Source: Zymomonas mobilis subsp. mobilis ATCC 10988
GTDB taxonomy: Bacteria; Pseudomonadota; Alphaproteobacteria; Sphingomonadales; Sphingomonadaceae
Direction of reading: 5' to 3'
NCBI RefSeq assembly: GCF_000175255.2
Contig: NC_017262.1
Location: forward strand, 1,230,001-1,262,000
Length of the DNA: 32,000 bases
The position numbers and the translations under genes are program-made. Under the pieces are notes generated by a model. That model was not told the origin of the DNA, made no database searches, and saw only the letters and a program-made list of their open reading frames with translations. Shown in pieces: positions 17,923-28,608 of the stretch (the first letter of the stretch is position 1; each line of letters starts with the position of its first letter).

Positions 17923-20169
17923 TTAGCTATCTTTGCGCAGGAATGCCGGAGCAAATTCCGGTTCCATGTCACGTCTTGCCGGACGATCGCCAGATTCCCG
18001 ACGAGGGCCCCGATCACGACGAGGACGCTCACCACCGCGACGTTCTGCGTTCTCACGTGGCGGACGGTTATCATCCAGCTCTGCGCCGGTTTCCTGATCG
18101 ACAACACGCATAGACAGGCGAACCTTGCCACGGTTGTCAATTTCAAGAACCTTGACTTTGACTTCCTGACCTTCAGACAGGACATCGCTGACCTTGTTGA
18201 CACGTTCGTTCTTGATTTCCGAAACATGTACCAAGCCGTCACGGCCACCCATGAAGTTTACGAAGGCACCGAAATCAACGATATTGACGACTTTACCGTT
18301 ATAGATTTTGCCTACTTCCGGTTCTTCAACAATACCATTGATCCATTCACGGGCTGCTTCAATATTGGCCGGATCGGAAGAAGACAGACGAACCGTGCCG
18401 TCATCTTCGATATCGACCTTGGCACCTGTGGTCGCCACGATTTCACGGATAACTTTTCCGCCCGTTCCGATAACATCACGGATTTTGTCTTTTGGTACGC
18501 TCATTGTTTCAATGCGCGGTGCCAAATTAGAAATTTCGGAGCGGACTTCACCCAGCGCTTTGGACATTTCACCCAAGATATGAGCACGGCCACCTTTAGC
18601 CTGTTCCAAAGCTTTCTGCATGATTTCTTCGGTAATGCCAGCAACCTTGATGTCCATCTGGAGGCTGGTGATACCTTTTTCGGTACCGGCGACCTTAAAG
18701 TCCATATCACCCAAGTGATCTTCATCACCCATGATATCCGACAAAATAGCGAAGCCGTCTTTTTCCAGAATAAGACCCATGGCGATACCGGAAACCGGAC
18801 GCGTTAAGGGAACACCGGCATCCATCAAGGCAAGGCAGCCACCGCAAACGGTTGCCATGGAAGAGGAACCATTAGATTCGGTGATATCCGACAAAACGCG
18901 GATGGTATACGGGAAATCAGCCTTGCTCGGCAAAACCGGATGAAGCGCACGCCATGCCAGTTTACCATGGCCGATTTCACGACGACCCGGAGCCCCAAAA
19001 CGACCAACTTCACCGACCGAATAAGGAGGGAAGTTATAATGCAGCATGAAGCGTTCATAATGAAGGCCGGTTAAACCGTCGATCATCTGTTCAGCATCCG
19101 CCGTTCCAAGGGTGGTTGAAACCAAAGCCTGTGTTTCACCGCGCGTAAACAGAGCAGAACCATGCGTGCGGGGCAAGAATCCAACCTGAGAGCGGATCGG
19201 GCGAACTGTTTTCAGATCGCGTCCGTCAATTCTCCGGCCTTCTTTCAGAATGGCGGTGCGGACGATTTTTGCTTCCAGCTTCTTCGCGAGCTTCTGGATA
19301 CGCAGCTTTTCTGTCGGATCAGCTTCTGGGAAGGCTTCGTCAAGAACCGCTTTGGCCTTGCTCAAGGCTTCAACACGCTCAGCCTTACGAGTCAGACGAT
19401 AGGCCTTATCGAAATTGTCGTAGCAGAGTTCTTCGACTTTGGCAGCCAATGCGCTGTCATCATAGCTGACCAGTTCCCAAGGCTCTTTAGCGGCCTGTTC
19501 TGCCAGATTGATGATAGCTTTGATAACCGGCTGTAAAGATTCATGCGCAAAAGAAACGGCATTGAGCATGACTTCTTCGGGAAGCTCATTCGCTTCCGAT
19601 TCAACCATCATCACGGCATCACGGGTAGCCCCGACAACCAGATCAAGATCACTTTTTTCAAGCTGTTCCAAGGTCGGGTTAAGAATGAACTCGCCATCTT
19701 GATAACCCACACGGGCAGCACCGATGGGACCAAGGAAAGGCACACCGGAAAGAGCAAGGGCCGCAGAAGCGGCGATCATCGCCAAGATATCCGGTTCATT
19801 CTCGCCGTCATAGGACATGACCTGCGCAATGACCAAGGTTTCGTTATAGAAACCTTCCGGAAACAGAGGACGGATTGGACGGTCGATTAACCGTGAAATC
19901 AGCGTTTCCCGTTCGGTTGCGCCACGTTCACGCTTGAAAAAGCCACCGGGAATACGGCCTGCTGCTGAATATTTTTCCTGATAATGGACGGTCAAAGGAA
20001 AGAAATCCTGACCTTCTTTTACCGTTTTTGCTGCCGTTACCGCGCATAATACGACCGTTTCACCTAAGGTCGCAATGACGGCGCCATCTGCCTGACGGGC
20101 AACCTGTCCGGTTTCCAGTGTCAGTTTTTTCCCGCCCCAATCGATTTCCTGGCGTTTAATATCGAACAT
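17923..20169 (-). CDS. pnp: Polyribonucleotide nucleotidyltransferase
   Basis: 748 aa; RNase PH, KH ([15 protein letters not shown]) and S1 domains; Arg/Gly-rich C-terminal tail. Confidence 0.97.
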   Translation of the reverse strand: MFDIKRQEIDWGGKKLTLETGQVARQADGAVIATLGETVVLCAVTAAKTVKEGQDFFPLTVHYQEKYSAAGRIPGGFFKRERGATERETLISRLIDRPIRPLFPEGFYNETLVIAQVMSYDGENEPDILAMIAASAALALSGVPFLGPIGAARVGYQDGEFILNPTLEQLEKSDLDLVVGATRDAVMMVESEANELPEEVMLNAVSFAHESLQPVIKAIINLAEQAAKEPWELVSYDDSALAAKVEELCYDNFDKAYRLTRKAERVEALSKAKAVLDEAFPEADPTEKLRIQKLAKKLEAKIVRTAILKEGRRIDGRDLKTVRPIRSQVGFLPRTHGSALFTRGETQALVSTTLGTADAEQMIDGLTGLHYERFMLHYNFPPYSVGEVGRFGAPGRREIGHGKLAWRALHPVLPSKADFPYTIRVLSDITESNGSSSMATVCGGCLALMDAGVPLTRPVSGIAMGLILEKDGFAILSDIMGDEDHLGDMDFKVAGTEKGITSLQMDIKVAGITEEIMQKALEQAKGGRAHILGEMSKALGEVRSEISNLAPRIETMSVPKDKIRDVIGTGGKVIREIVATTGAKVDIEDDGTVRLSSSDPANIEAAREWINGIVEEPEVGKIYNGKVVNIVDFGAFVNFMGGRDGLVHVSEIKNERVNKVSDVLSEGQEVKVKVLEIDNRGKVRLSMRVVDQETGAELDDNRPPRENAERRGGERPRRDRGPRRESGDRPARRDMEPEFAPAFLRKDS

Positions 20170-20251
20170 TCAATTTCCTTCTGGCTCCGACCCTATGTCA
20201 GGAGCTGCCTTTTTCCGGATTCGCCGGATTGCGAGATAACCGGATGCGAAA

Positions 20252-20273
20252 CGGCCTCCCGATAAGGAGGCCG
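20252..20273 (-). terminator. GC-rich hairpin after rpsO, weak T tract
   Basis: Minus strand: CGGCCTCC-TTATCG-GGAGGCCG-TTTC. Confidence 0.6.
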
Positions 20274-20282
20274 CACCGTCTT

Positions 20283-20552
20283 TTACTTACGAAGACCCAG
20301 TCTTGCGATAAGGCTGCTGTAGCGGTCTTTGTCGTTATTCTTGACGTAATCAAGCAGGCTACGACGCTTGTTAACCAAACGGAGCAAACCACGACGGGAA
20401 TGGTTATCCTTGGCGTGGGTTTTGAAATGTTCGGTCAGGTTAACAATCCGTTCGGTCAGAATAGCAACCTGGACTTCCGGAGAACCCGTATCGCCTTCGA
20501 CGCGTGCATATTCTTTGATTAACGCTTCTTTGCGTTCTGCTGTGATCGACAT
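20283..20552 (-). CDS. rpsO: 30S ribosomal protein S15
   Basis: 89 aa; [37 protein letters not shown]. Confidence 0.97.
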   Translation of the reverse strand: MSITAERKEALIKEYARVEGDTGSPEVQVAILTERIVNLTEHFKTHAKDNHSRRGLLRLVNKRRSLLDYVKNNDKDRYSSLIARLGLRK

Positions 20553-20569
20553 CAGTCGTCCTTTCTATT

Positions 20570-21481
20570 TTAAAAATTGAAACCGCGCAAAACCCGGGCT
20601 TCTTGCCCAGTGACTTCAATAAGAGCAACCGGAATTTGTGATTCCATTGCCATATTTAAGCCGGATTCTGCGTTAATTCCGATCAATTTCTGCCCCTGAC
20701 GGAGTGCTTTTGCCTGATCGGAGGAAACTGCTAAAGCCGGGATGTCGTCCAGCCCTGCTGTTAAAGGCAAAAGCATTTGATACAGCTTTCCAGCTTGCGC
20801 CATTTCCATTAATTTGTCCAGTGAAATTGCCTGTTCACTCGTAAATGGCCCCGATTTCAATCGACGCAAATAGCTGACATGACCATAACAATTCAGTTTA
20901 TGGGCAATGTCGCGGGCAAGGCTTCTAATATAGGTGCCTTTAGAAACCTTGGCGATAAAAGTAGCCTGATCGGGGCTAAAATCGTCTAAGGTCAATTCAT
21001 GGATAGTAATATCGCGTCCTTTGACGGTCACCGTTTCTCCGGCGCGGACGCGGTCGCAGGCGCGTTTCCCATTGATTTTCAAGGCAGAATAAACGGGGGG
21101 GATTTGGTGTATTTCACCTCGGAAGCAAGATAGAACAGATTCCACTTCTTCCCTTGTGGGACGTTTATCTGATTGAGCGGTGATGTGCCCCTCTCTATCC
21201 AAGCTATCCGTTTCCGCTCCAAAAGCGAGGGTAAAGGCATAGACTTTGTCGGAATTAAGCGCATAGCCCGCCAATTTCGTCGCCTCGCCTAAGGCAACAG
21301 GTAAAACGCCAGAGGCAAGGGGATCTAACGTCCCGCCATGACCGACTTTTACTTTCGGTAATCCGGCGATACGGATAGCGCGTTTGACAGCAGAGACGGC
21401 TTGGGTTGAGCCTAAGCCTTCTTGCTTGTCGAGAATGATCCAGCCATGGAGCGCATCGGTCGGGGAGGGCGTAAGGGTCAT
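20570..21481 (-). CDS. truB: tRNA pseudouridine(55) synthase
   Basis: GWIILDKQEGLGSTQAV; GHGGTLDPLASGVLPVALGEATKL. Confidence 0.96.
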   Translation of the reverse strand: MTLTPSPTDALHGWIILDKQEGLGSTQAVSAVKRAIRIAGLPKVKVGHGGTLDPLASGVLPVALGEATKLAGYALNSDKVYAFTLAFGAETDSLDREGHITAQSDKRPTREEVESVLSCFRGEIHQIPPVYSALKINGKRACDRVRAGETVTVKGRDITIHELTLDDFSPDQATFIAKVSKGTYIRSLARDIAHKLNCYGHVSYLRRLKSGPFTSEQAISLDKLMEMAQAGKLYQMLLPLTAGLDDIPALAVSSDQAKALRQGQKLIGINAESGLNMAMESQIPVALIEVTGQEARVLRGFNF

Positions 21482-22059
21482 AAGCTATTGAGTTTTTCTA
21501 TAAAATGGCGGCGGCAAAGCGCGATATAGCGCTCGTTCCCTCCGATGTCCGTTTGTTGTCCATGACGAATGGGCTTTTTATTTTCATCAACCCGTAAATT
21601 CATTGTCGCCTTGGCACCGCAAAAACAGACCGATTTGATTTCTGCCAATTTATCCGCAATCGCCAGCAGATATTTCGAGCCTTCAAATAATTCAGCCTGA
21701 AAGTCAGTGCGAAGACCGTAACATAAAACTGGAATATTCAAATCGTCACAGACGCGGGCAAGTTCAAATACCTGATTTTTGTTCAGGAATTGCGCTTCAT
21801 CTATCAAGATACAGTGCAGCGGATTTTTAACATGCTGCTCTTGGATAATATCCCATAGAGAGCTTTCCTCAAAAAACGCGATAGCGGGCGCTTCTAAACC
21901 GATACGGGATTTTATGACACCCTGTTTATAGCGGGTATCAATTCCGGCCGTGAACAATAAGGTTTGCATCCCTCGTTCACGATAATTGAAATCCGCTTGC
22001 AAAAGATTCGTCGATTTTCCGGCGTTCATCGAGGCATAATAAAAATACAACTTAGCCAT
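21478..22059 (-). CDS. tdk: Thymidine kinase
   Basis: FYYASMNAGKSTNLLQADFNYRERGM; CILIDEAQFL; ATGA overlap with truB. Confidence 0.95.
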   Translation of the reverse strand: MAKLYFYYASMNAGKSTNLLQADFNYRERGMQTLLFTAGIDTRYKQGVIKSRIGLEAPAIAFFEESSLWDIIQEQHVKNPLHCILIDEAQFLNKNQVFELARVCDDLNIPVLCYGLRTDFQAELFEGSKYLLAIADKLAEIKSVCFCGAKATMNLRVDENKKPIRHGQQTDIGGNERYIALCRRHFIEKLNSL

Positions 22060-22082
22060 GCGTGAAATACCCGCTTGATCGC

Positions 22083-22508
22083 TTAAAGGCTGCCTTCGCT
22101 GTCGTCTTCCTGATCGTCATTTTCCTGTAAATCACGCTGCACATGAGGCGAGCGTAACAGTGAGTCAATCCGACTACCCTGTTCAAAACTTTCATCGGCT
22201 AAAAAGCGGAGCTTAGGCACGTATTTCAGCCGTATTTTTTTAGCGATAGCGGCTTGGAGAAAAGAAGCGTTTTTTGACAGAACGCCGATGACTGTGTCAT
22301 CAGACGCGCCGCCTAACGATTTTACGAAAACGGTGGCGATCCGTAAATCAGGAGTCATTCTGACTTCACTGATAGAGACAAATAGATTGTCTAATGTATC
22401 GCCATGGATTTCCCCTCTCATCAGCATTTCAGCTAAAACATGACGGATTTGTTCTCCGACACGTAACGGGCGGATGGAGTGACCTTCTGGCGTTTGATTG
22501 CGACGCAT
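22083..22508 (-). CDS. rbfA: Ribosome-binding factor A
   Basis: RVGEQIRHVLAEMLMRGEI; LRIATVFVKSLGG; LKYVPKLRFLADESFEQGSRID. Confidence 0.95.
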   Translation of the reverse strand: MRRNQTPEGHSIRPLRVGEQIRHVLAEMLMRGEIHGDTLDNLFVSISEVRMTPDLRIATVFVKSLGGASDDTVIGVLSKNASFLQAAIAKKIRLKYVPKLRFLADESFEQGSRIDSLLRSPHVQRDLQENDDQEDDSEGSL

Positions 22509-22594
22509 GGGCTACAGACCTTAAAAAACAAAATATAAAATACGGTATCTTTTTAAGGGCTGAGAGAGACAGACTTTAAAAAGAAATCGGCATG

Positions 22595-22633
22595 AAAAAG
22601 AATTGCGGCCAAGGTCGATGACCCTGACCGCAA
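22595..22633 (-). terminator. Terminator between infB and rbfA
   Basis: Minus strand: TTGCGGTCAGGG-TCATCGA-CCTTGGCCGCAA-TTCTTTTT. Confidence 0.8.
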
Positions 22634-22654
22634 AATAGATAATCTGTTGAAAAA

Positions 22655-25627
22655 TTAAAGGGTGCGTGCCCGTTCTTCAACTTCAAAGGTTTCGACAATA
22701 TCACCCGCTTTGATGTCGGTTGAGCCTTCCAGCGTGATACCGCATTCGAGACCAGCCCGAACTTCGGGAACATCATCTTTAAAGCGACGCAGTGATGCGA
22801 TTGAACCGTTATAAATAATAACGTCATTACGCAGCACACGTGCCCGCAATTTCTGGCGGATATAGCCTTCCAGAACCAACAGACCGGCGGCGCGGCCATG
22901 TTTACCAGCAGAGAAGACCTCACGAATTTCGGCTTTACCGACCACAGTTTCAAAATATTCTGGGCCAAGTTTGCCAGCCATAGCGGCTTTAATTTCATCG
23001 ATCAGATCATAGATCACATCGTAAAATTTCAAGGCTACGCCATCGCGACGGGCAATATCACGTGCTTTGCTGTTCGGACGAACATGGAAGCCGATAATCG
23101 GCGCACCAGAAGCTGCGGCCAAGGAGACATCGCTTTCAGTGATACCACCAACGCCCTGATGTAAAATACGAACGCGGATATCCTCATTCGAAATTTTATT
23201 AAGAGCACCGGCGATTGCTTCGACTGAACCCTGCGTATCGGCTTTGATAAGCAGAGGATATTCAACAGCCTGCTTGTCCTTCAATGCCGAGAACATGGAT
23301 TCAAGGCTGGCTGGCTGTGCCGTCGTCCGCTTACGAAGGGCGATTTCAGCACGGTAAGCTGCGACTTCACGGGCACGGGCTTCGCTTTCAACAACCGTAA
23401 GGGTGTCACCGGCCTGCGGAACGCCGGAAAGACCGAGGACTTCAACCGGCATAGAAGGGCCAGCTTCTTTCTGGTTCTTTCCTTGGGCATCGGTCATGGC
23501 TCTTACACGGCCACTGAATTCACCGACCACAAAGATATCGCCAACCTTCAAGGTGCCGCGACGAACCAGAATGGTTGCGACCGGTCCACGACCGCGATCC
23601 AGCTTGGCTTCAACGACAGTGCCTTCTGCGGCACGATCAGGATTGGCCTTAAGCTCAAGCATTTCTGCCTGAAGCAGGATCTTTTCGATCAATTCATCAA
23701 GACCGGTCTTTTTCGCTGCAGAAATTTCGACATCCTGTACGTCACCGCCCATGGCTTCGACCTGCACATTATATTGCAGCAAGGCTTCACGAATGCGCTG
23801 GGGATTGGCTTCCGGCTTATCCATCTTATTGATGGCAATGATAATCGGAACATCCGCTGCGCGAGCATGGTCAATGGCTTCGACCGTCTGCGGTCTTAAA
23901 CCATCATCTGCCGCAACAACAATGATAACAATGTCGGTAACATTGGCACCACGTGCACGCATTTCACTGAAGGCTTCATGACCCGGCGTATCGAGCAAGG
24001 TGATTTTCTCACCTGAAGGTGATTCTACCTGGTAAGCGCCAATATGCTGGGTAATACCACCGGCTTCACCACGAACCACATCGCTGCCACGCAAAGCATC
24101 GAGCAAGGAGGTCTTACCATGGTCAACATGTCCCATGATCGTCACGACCGGAGGACGTGATTTCAGCGTTTCTTCTGGATCGACGTCGCTCGAGCTATCG
24201 ATTTCGACGTCACTTTCAGAAACGCGTTTGATGTTATGGCCAAATTCAGTGACCAACAATTCTGCGGTATCCTGATCGATCGTCTGGGTAAGCGTTACAG
24301 CCACGCCCATTTTGAACAAGGCTTTGACCAGATCAGCACCCCGTTCAGCCATACGGTTGGCTAATTCCTGAACCGTAATCGCTTCTGGAACAACAACGTC
24401 ACGTATCTGACGAACCTGTTGGGCTCTGTTCTGGTTTGCGCGTTTATCTTTTTCACGGGCGCGTCGTAAAGCCGCCAAAGAACGGGCGCGTGCGCCACCC
24501 TCATCACCCGACAAAGCCTTGGTGACAGTCAGTTTACCTGATTGACGACGATCTTCACCCTTGCGATCACGCATAGCAGGGCGAGGGGCTTCGCGTCTTG
24601 GCGGTGATACCGGTGTAAAGCGTCTTGGGGCAGGAGAGCGAGGCGATTCGCTCCGCTCTTCGCGGGCTTTAGGTGCCGCGGCTTTTGCTGGACGACGCGT
24701 TTTTTCTTCGCCTTCAGCAGCCCCTGCCGTTTTGGCTTGAGCCGCTTTGGCTTCTTTTTCAGCTTTAGCGCGCGCTTTTGCTTCAGCTTTCTCTTTTTCT
24801 TTCAGAGCAGCCTGTTTTTCAGCTTCAACTTTCGCTTCGGCTTCAAGACGACGTTTTTCTTCAATCCGGCGCTGTTCTTCAAGATCGGCTTCTTGTTTCA
24901 GGCGATCTTCGCGGCGACGGGCTTCTTCCAATGCCTGAAGACGGCTTTCTTCTGCTTCACGCAAAAGGCGAGCCTGTAATTCCTGTCTCGAAGCGAGATC
25001 ACGATGTGCCAATGTCCGTGGCTGACGCGGCTGACCGCCTGAACGCGTCTGGTTTTTATTCTGACTGCCACGGCCGCCTTGGCGACCGCGATTGTCCTGC
25101 GAACGATTACCCGACGGGCGATTGCCGGAAGCATTCGCGCCATTCTTTTCGGTCGTTTTCTTGGCACCCCGATCCGTAACCTTTATGGCTGCGGGTTTCG
25201 CGGCTTCTGCACTTGCCGGAGCGGCGGCTTCTTTTTCAGCTACAGGCTGTGCTGCGGCAGGCGCAGCTTTGCTTGTTTCTTGGGCGGTCGCTTCTGCTGC
25301 AACTGGTTTAGGTGCAGCTGGCGCTGGCGCCGGAGCCGGAGCAGCAGCAGGCGTTGCCACGGTTTCATTCTTGGTAGCAGTTTGAGTAACGGCTGTATCC
25401 TTATTTGGGGTATTTTCTACCGGTGCAGCCTGTTTTTTGGCCGTTTCAGCAGCCGTTGCTGCATCACCACTGCCCGGTTTATTGATAACCCGTCTTCTTT
25501 TGGTTTCTACAATCACGGTATTTGAACGGCCATGGCTGAAGCTCTGCTTCACCTTGCTGGTCTCTACTGTGCGTTTTATTCCCAGCGGCGCCCGCATCCC
25601 GAGCTTCGGCTTGTCGTTATCGCTCAT
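22655..25627 (-). CDS. infB: Translation initiation factor IF-2
   Basis: 990 aa; VTIMGHVDHGKTSLLDALR; DTPGHEAFSEMRARGA; long charged/Ala-Pro-rich N-terminal region. Confidence 0.98.
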   Translation of the reverse strand: MSDNDKPKLGMRAPLGIKRTVETSKVKQSFSHGRSNTVIVETKRRRVINKPGSGDAATAAETAKKQAAPVENTPNKDTAVTQTATKNETVATPAAAPAPAPAPAAPKPVAAEATAQETSKAAPAAAQPVAEKEAAAPASAEAAKPAAIKVTDRGAKKTTEKNGANASGNRPSGNRSQDNRGRQGGRGSQNKNQTRSGGQPRQPRTLAHRDLASRQELQARLLREAEESRLQALEEARRREDRLKQEADLEEQRRIEEKRRLEAEAKVEAEKQAALKEKEKAEAKARAKAEKEAKAAQAKTAGAAEGEEKTRRPAKAAAPKAREERSESPRSPAPRRFTPVSPPRREAPRPAMRDRKGEDRRQSGKLTVTKALSGDEGGARARSLAALRRAREKDKRANQNRAQQVRQIRDVVVPEAITVQELANRMAERGADLVKALFKMGVAVTLTQTIDQDTAELLVTEFGHNIKRVSESDVEIDSSSDVDPEETLKSRPPVVTIMGHVDHGKTSLLDALRGSDVVRGEAGGITQHIGAYQVESPSGEKITLLDTPGHEAFSEMRARGANVTDIVIIVVAADDGLRPQTVEAIDHARAADVPIIIAINKMDKPEANPQRIREALLQYNVQVEAMGGDVQDVEISAAKKTGLDELIEKILLQAEMLELKANPDRAAEGTVVEAKLDRGRGPVATILVRRGTLKVGDIFVVGEFSGRVRAMTDAQGKNQKEAGPSMPVEVLGLSGVPQAGDTLTVVESEARAREVAAYRAEIALRKRTTAQPASLESMFSALKDKQAVEYPLLIKADTQGSVEAIAGALNKISNEDIRVRILHQGVGGITESDVSLAAASGAPIIGFHVRPNSKARDIARRDGVALKFYDVIYDLIDEIKAAMAGKLGPEYFETVVGKAEIREVFSAGKHGRAAGLLVLEGYIRQKLRARVLRNDVIIYNGSIASLRRFKDDVPEVRAGLECGITLEGSTDIKAGDIVETFEVEERARTL

Positions 25628-25630
25628 CTG

Positions 25631-26365
25631 TTAATCCGAACCCTTCACATTATTTCCAGCGATAGCCATGGTATCTGCATTCTCGTCGATGCAAATATCG
25701 GTATCCCAGTTCCAACCTATAAATCGGCACCACCGCATCAAAGATTTCTTGATACGGTCAGCTGTTGTTGGTGCAGTTAATGCAATATGTACCACATTTC
25801 CGCGTCCAACGGCCAATGACAAAATCATGCGGTCGACAGGCAAAACCCAACCTTTGACAGACTGGAAGTCTTGTCTTTCAGCATTTCTATTTTTTCCGCT
25901 TTGAAAAGCGTGATCCAGTTTTTTGCAACCATCCGGTGCCGCATCCGAGGCATGAAGCAAAAGGGCGGCTTGCCCATTTCGACAACTATCTATGATGCGT
26001 TCAAAACCGGTTAGCAGTCGTCCGGAACGCGCCTCTATGCCGAGCTGGTTTAACACCTGCTGTTGAAGCGCATTTTCTATACGGACAGGGAGATCAGAAG
26101 AAATAGTGATATCAGAGGTTTTGAAGGCGCGTTGTAATGCCGCCTTCAATTTGCCTTTGGTAATTGCCCGACTAAGTGCCGTATGATCAACACTGATCCA
26201 CGCCCCGCGTCCGGGCGCACGAGCCCGAACATCAGGGTGCACCGATCCGTCTGGGGCAAGGGCAAGTCGGATCAGATAATCGCGCGAGTCCTTACCACCG
26301 GTTAAAATACACCGGCGGGACGAATCAGTCTTCAGTTCATCATTGACGGTTTCATTGTCTTCCAT
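25631..26365 (-). CDS. YlxR (DUF448) domain fused to an L7Ae/YlxQ-like domain
   Basis: SSRRCILTGGKDSRDYLIRLALAPDG...ARAPGRGAWIS then LGIEARSGRLLTGFERI...AALLLHASDAAPDGCKKL. Confidence 0.85.
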   Translation of the reverse strand: MEDNETVNDELKTDSSRRCILTGGKDSRDYLIRLALAPDGSVHPDVRARAPGRGAWISVDHTALSRAITKGKLKAALQRAFKTSDITISSDLPVRIENALQQQVLNQLGIEARSGRLLTGFERIIDSCRNGQAALLLHASDAAPDGCKKLDHAFQSGKNRNAERQDFQSVKGWVLPVDRMILSLAVGRGNVVHIALTAPTTADRIKKSLMRWCRFIGWNWDTDICIDENADTMAIAGNNVKGSD

Positions 26366-26431
26366 ACGCCAAGGCGCCTCCTTTACATAAAGGAGCCTTG
26401 GGGCAATGGAAAATTATTCCATAAACCATTA

Positions 26432-28048
26432 TTAGGCTTTCTCCGACCTTGTTTCAGTGTCTTCCGAGGAATGGGTTTCATCTTCAGCGTCATCGAACCA
26501 ATGGGCTCGTGCTGCCATGATAATTTCATTCCCCTGTTCCTGACTGAGGCCATATTCAGCCAGAATACCGTCTTCTTCATTGTTATCAGACGAATGACGG
26601 CGTCTTTGATCCTGACGTTTTTTGTGAACAAGTTCGTCAGTTGAAAGATCACCTAGATCATCAAGCGTCTTAATACCAGCTTTTCCCAAGGTCAAAAGCA
26701 TTGCTTCTGTCATATAGGGTAAATCGGCCAGTGCGTCTTCAACACCAAGCTTGCGTCTTTCTTCACGTGCTTCCGCTTCACGCTGCTCTAAAGCTTCGCG
26801 AGCGCGGTTCTGCAATTCAGAAGCAAGCTCTTCGTCGATACCTTCAATAGCGGAAATTTCAGCCTGATCAACATAGGCAACTTCTTCAAGGCTACCAAAG
26901 CCTTCGGCTACCAGCAATTGTGCCAAGGTTTCATCAACATCAAGGTCGTGCTGGAATAATTCCGAATGAGCAACGAATTCTTTCTGTCGCCGTTCCGAAG
27001 CATCGGCTTCGGTCAGAATATCGATAGCAGACCCCGTCAACTGGCTGGCAAGGCGGACATTCTGCCCGCGACGGCCAATAGCCAATGAAAGTTGATCATC
27101 TGGCACAACGGCTTCGATACGGCTGTCATCTTCATCAATAACAACGCGAGAAACCTGTGCTGGCTGCAAGGAGTTTACGACGAAAGTTGCAAGATCTTCC
27201 GACCACGGAATAATATCGATCTTTTCGCCTTGAACTTCCTGAACAACGGCCTGAACACGGCTACCCTTCATACCCACGCAGGCACCGACCGGATCAATCG
27301 TGTTATCCTGACTGACAACAGCAATTTTGGCGCGGCTGCCCGGATCACGGGAGCAGGCTTTGATTTCAATGATACCGTCGTAAATTTCCGGCACTTCTTG
27401 CGCAAACAACTTCTTCATGAAATTCGGATGAGAGCGCGAAAGCAAAATCTGGGGGCCACGATTTTCACGGCGGACATTCATGATCAAGGAACGAACCCGA
27501 TCACCGACACGGAAAGTTTCACGCGGAATCTGTTGATCACGGCGTAAAGCACCTTCTGCGCGACCAAGATCAACAACGACATGACCAAATTCAATACGCT
27601 TGACGATACCGGTGATGATTTCACCGATACGGTCTTTAAATTCTGCATATTGCCGTTCACGTTCAGCATCGCGGACTTTTTGGAAAATAACCTGCTTAGC
27701 AGCCTGTGCGGCAATGCGGCCAAATTCGATCGGAGGCAGAGGATCGACGATAAAATCCCCAACCGAAGCACCATTTTGTAATTTTTGAGCGTCGACGACA
27801 GAAACCTGTTTGAAAAAGTCATCGACCTGATCGACTACTTCAACGACACGCCACAGACGCATGTCGCCGGTTTTCGGATCAATTTTTGCCCGAATGTCAT
27901 TTTCGGCGCCATAGCGGGCGCGTGCTGCACGCTGAATAGCTTCTTCCATCGCTTCAATAACGATAGCACGGTCAATCAGCTTTTCACGCGCCACGGCATC
28001 GGCGATCGCAAGCAACTCAGCCTTGTTGGCAGAAATGGCACTAGCCAT
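26432..28048 (-). CDS. nusA: Transcription termination/antitermination protein NusA (start probably ATG 28048, not 28057)
   Basis: LLAIADAVAREKLIDRAIVIEAMEEAIQRAARARYG; S1/KH domains; AGAAGG immediately precedes ATG 28057, giving better spacing to ATG 28048. Confidence 0.97.
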   Translation of the reverse strand: MASAISANKAELLAIADAVAREKLIDRAIVIEAMEEAIQRAARARYGAENDIRAKIDPKTGDMRLWRVVEVVDQVDDFFKQVSVVDAQKLQNGASVGDFIVDPLPPIEFGRIAAQAAKQVIFQKVRDAERERQYAEFKDRIGEIITGIVKRIEFGHVVVDLGRAEGALRRDQQIPRETFRVGDRVRSLIMNVRRENRGPQILLSRSHPNFMKKLFAQEVPEIYDGIIEIKACSRDPGSRAKIAVVSQDNTIDPVGACVGMKGSRVQAVVQEVQGEKIDIIPWSEDLATFVVNSLQPAQVSRVVIDEDDSRIEAVVPDDQLSLAIGRRGQNVRLASQLTGSAIDILTEADASERRQKEFVAHSELFQHDLDVDETLAQLLVAEGFGSLEEVAYVDQAEISAIEGIDEELASELQNRAREALEQREAEAREERRKLGVEDALADLPYMTEAMLLTLGKAGIKTLDDLGDLSTDELVHKKRQDQRRRHSSDNNEEDGILAEYGLSQEQGNEIIMAARAHWFDDAEDETHSSEDTETRSEKA

Positions 28049-28053
28049 ATCGA

Positions 28054-28608
28054 TCATCCTTCTCTTACAATCTGGTCGGCGCCTTCGCTGTCTAGCGGTT
28101 GGGTGGCGGCGATGAGCGCATCAGTCAATAATAATTTTGACCGTTCTATAGCTGAAAACGGCAAAATTTTCTGCCCTACTTTAGGACAATCCAATATAAC
28201 ATTATCAGCATCGTCGATACCGATAATTTCTCCGTCAAATTGTTTCCGGCCATCAAGCGGTGCTGATAACCGGATGCGAGCAGAAAAACCTTTCCAGTCC
28301 TGATAATCTTTCCGGCGCGTTAAAGGCCGGTCAATACCGGGGGAACTGACTTCGAGACGATATGCGTCTTCGATAGGATCCTGTTCGTCGAATATTTCCG
28401 AAAGACGGCGGGACAAAGCTTCACATTCGGTAAGACCAATCTGTCGCGTATCGGGGCGTTCAGCCATGATCTGCAAGGTCGGATCACTTTTGCCGCCAAA
28501 CATCGCAATACGGACAAGCTCTAAACCCAATGCCTTGACCTCAGGTTCGACCAAGGCGGTAATCGCTGGAATATCAACAACAGGGGCTTTCGGAGCCGTA
28601 TCAGTCAT
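28054..28608 (-). CDS. rimP: Ribosome maturation factor RimP
   Basis: YRLEVSSPGIDRPLTRRKDYQDWKG; adjacent to nusA. Confidence 0.95.
   Translation of the reverse strand: MTDTAPKAPVVDIPAITALVEPEVKALGLELVRIAMFGGKSDPTLQIMAERPDTRQIGLTECEALSRRLSEIFDEQDPIEDAYRLEVSSPGIDRPLTRRKDYQDWKGFSARIRLSAPLDGRKQFDGEIIGIDDADNVILDCPKVGQKILPFSAIERSKLLLTDALIAATQPLDSEGADQIVREG

Noticed and set aside
18226-18807. 193-aa plus-strand ORF antisense to pnp
   Set aside because: Mirror of pnp codon structure, no independent evidence
22898-25525. Numerous plus-strand ORFs antisense to infB (e.g. 23483..23899, 25079..25525)
   Set aside because: Antisense shadows of a long GC-rich gene; low-complexity translations
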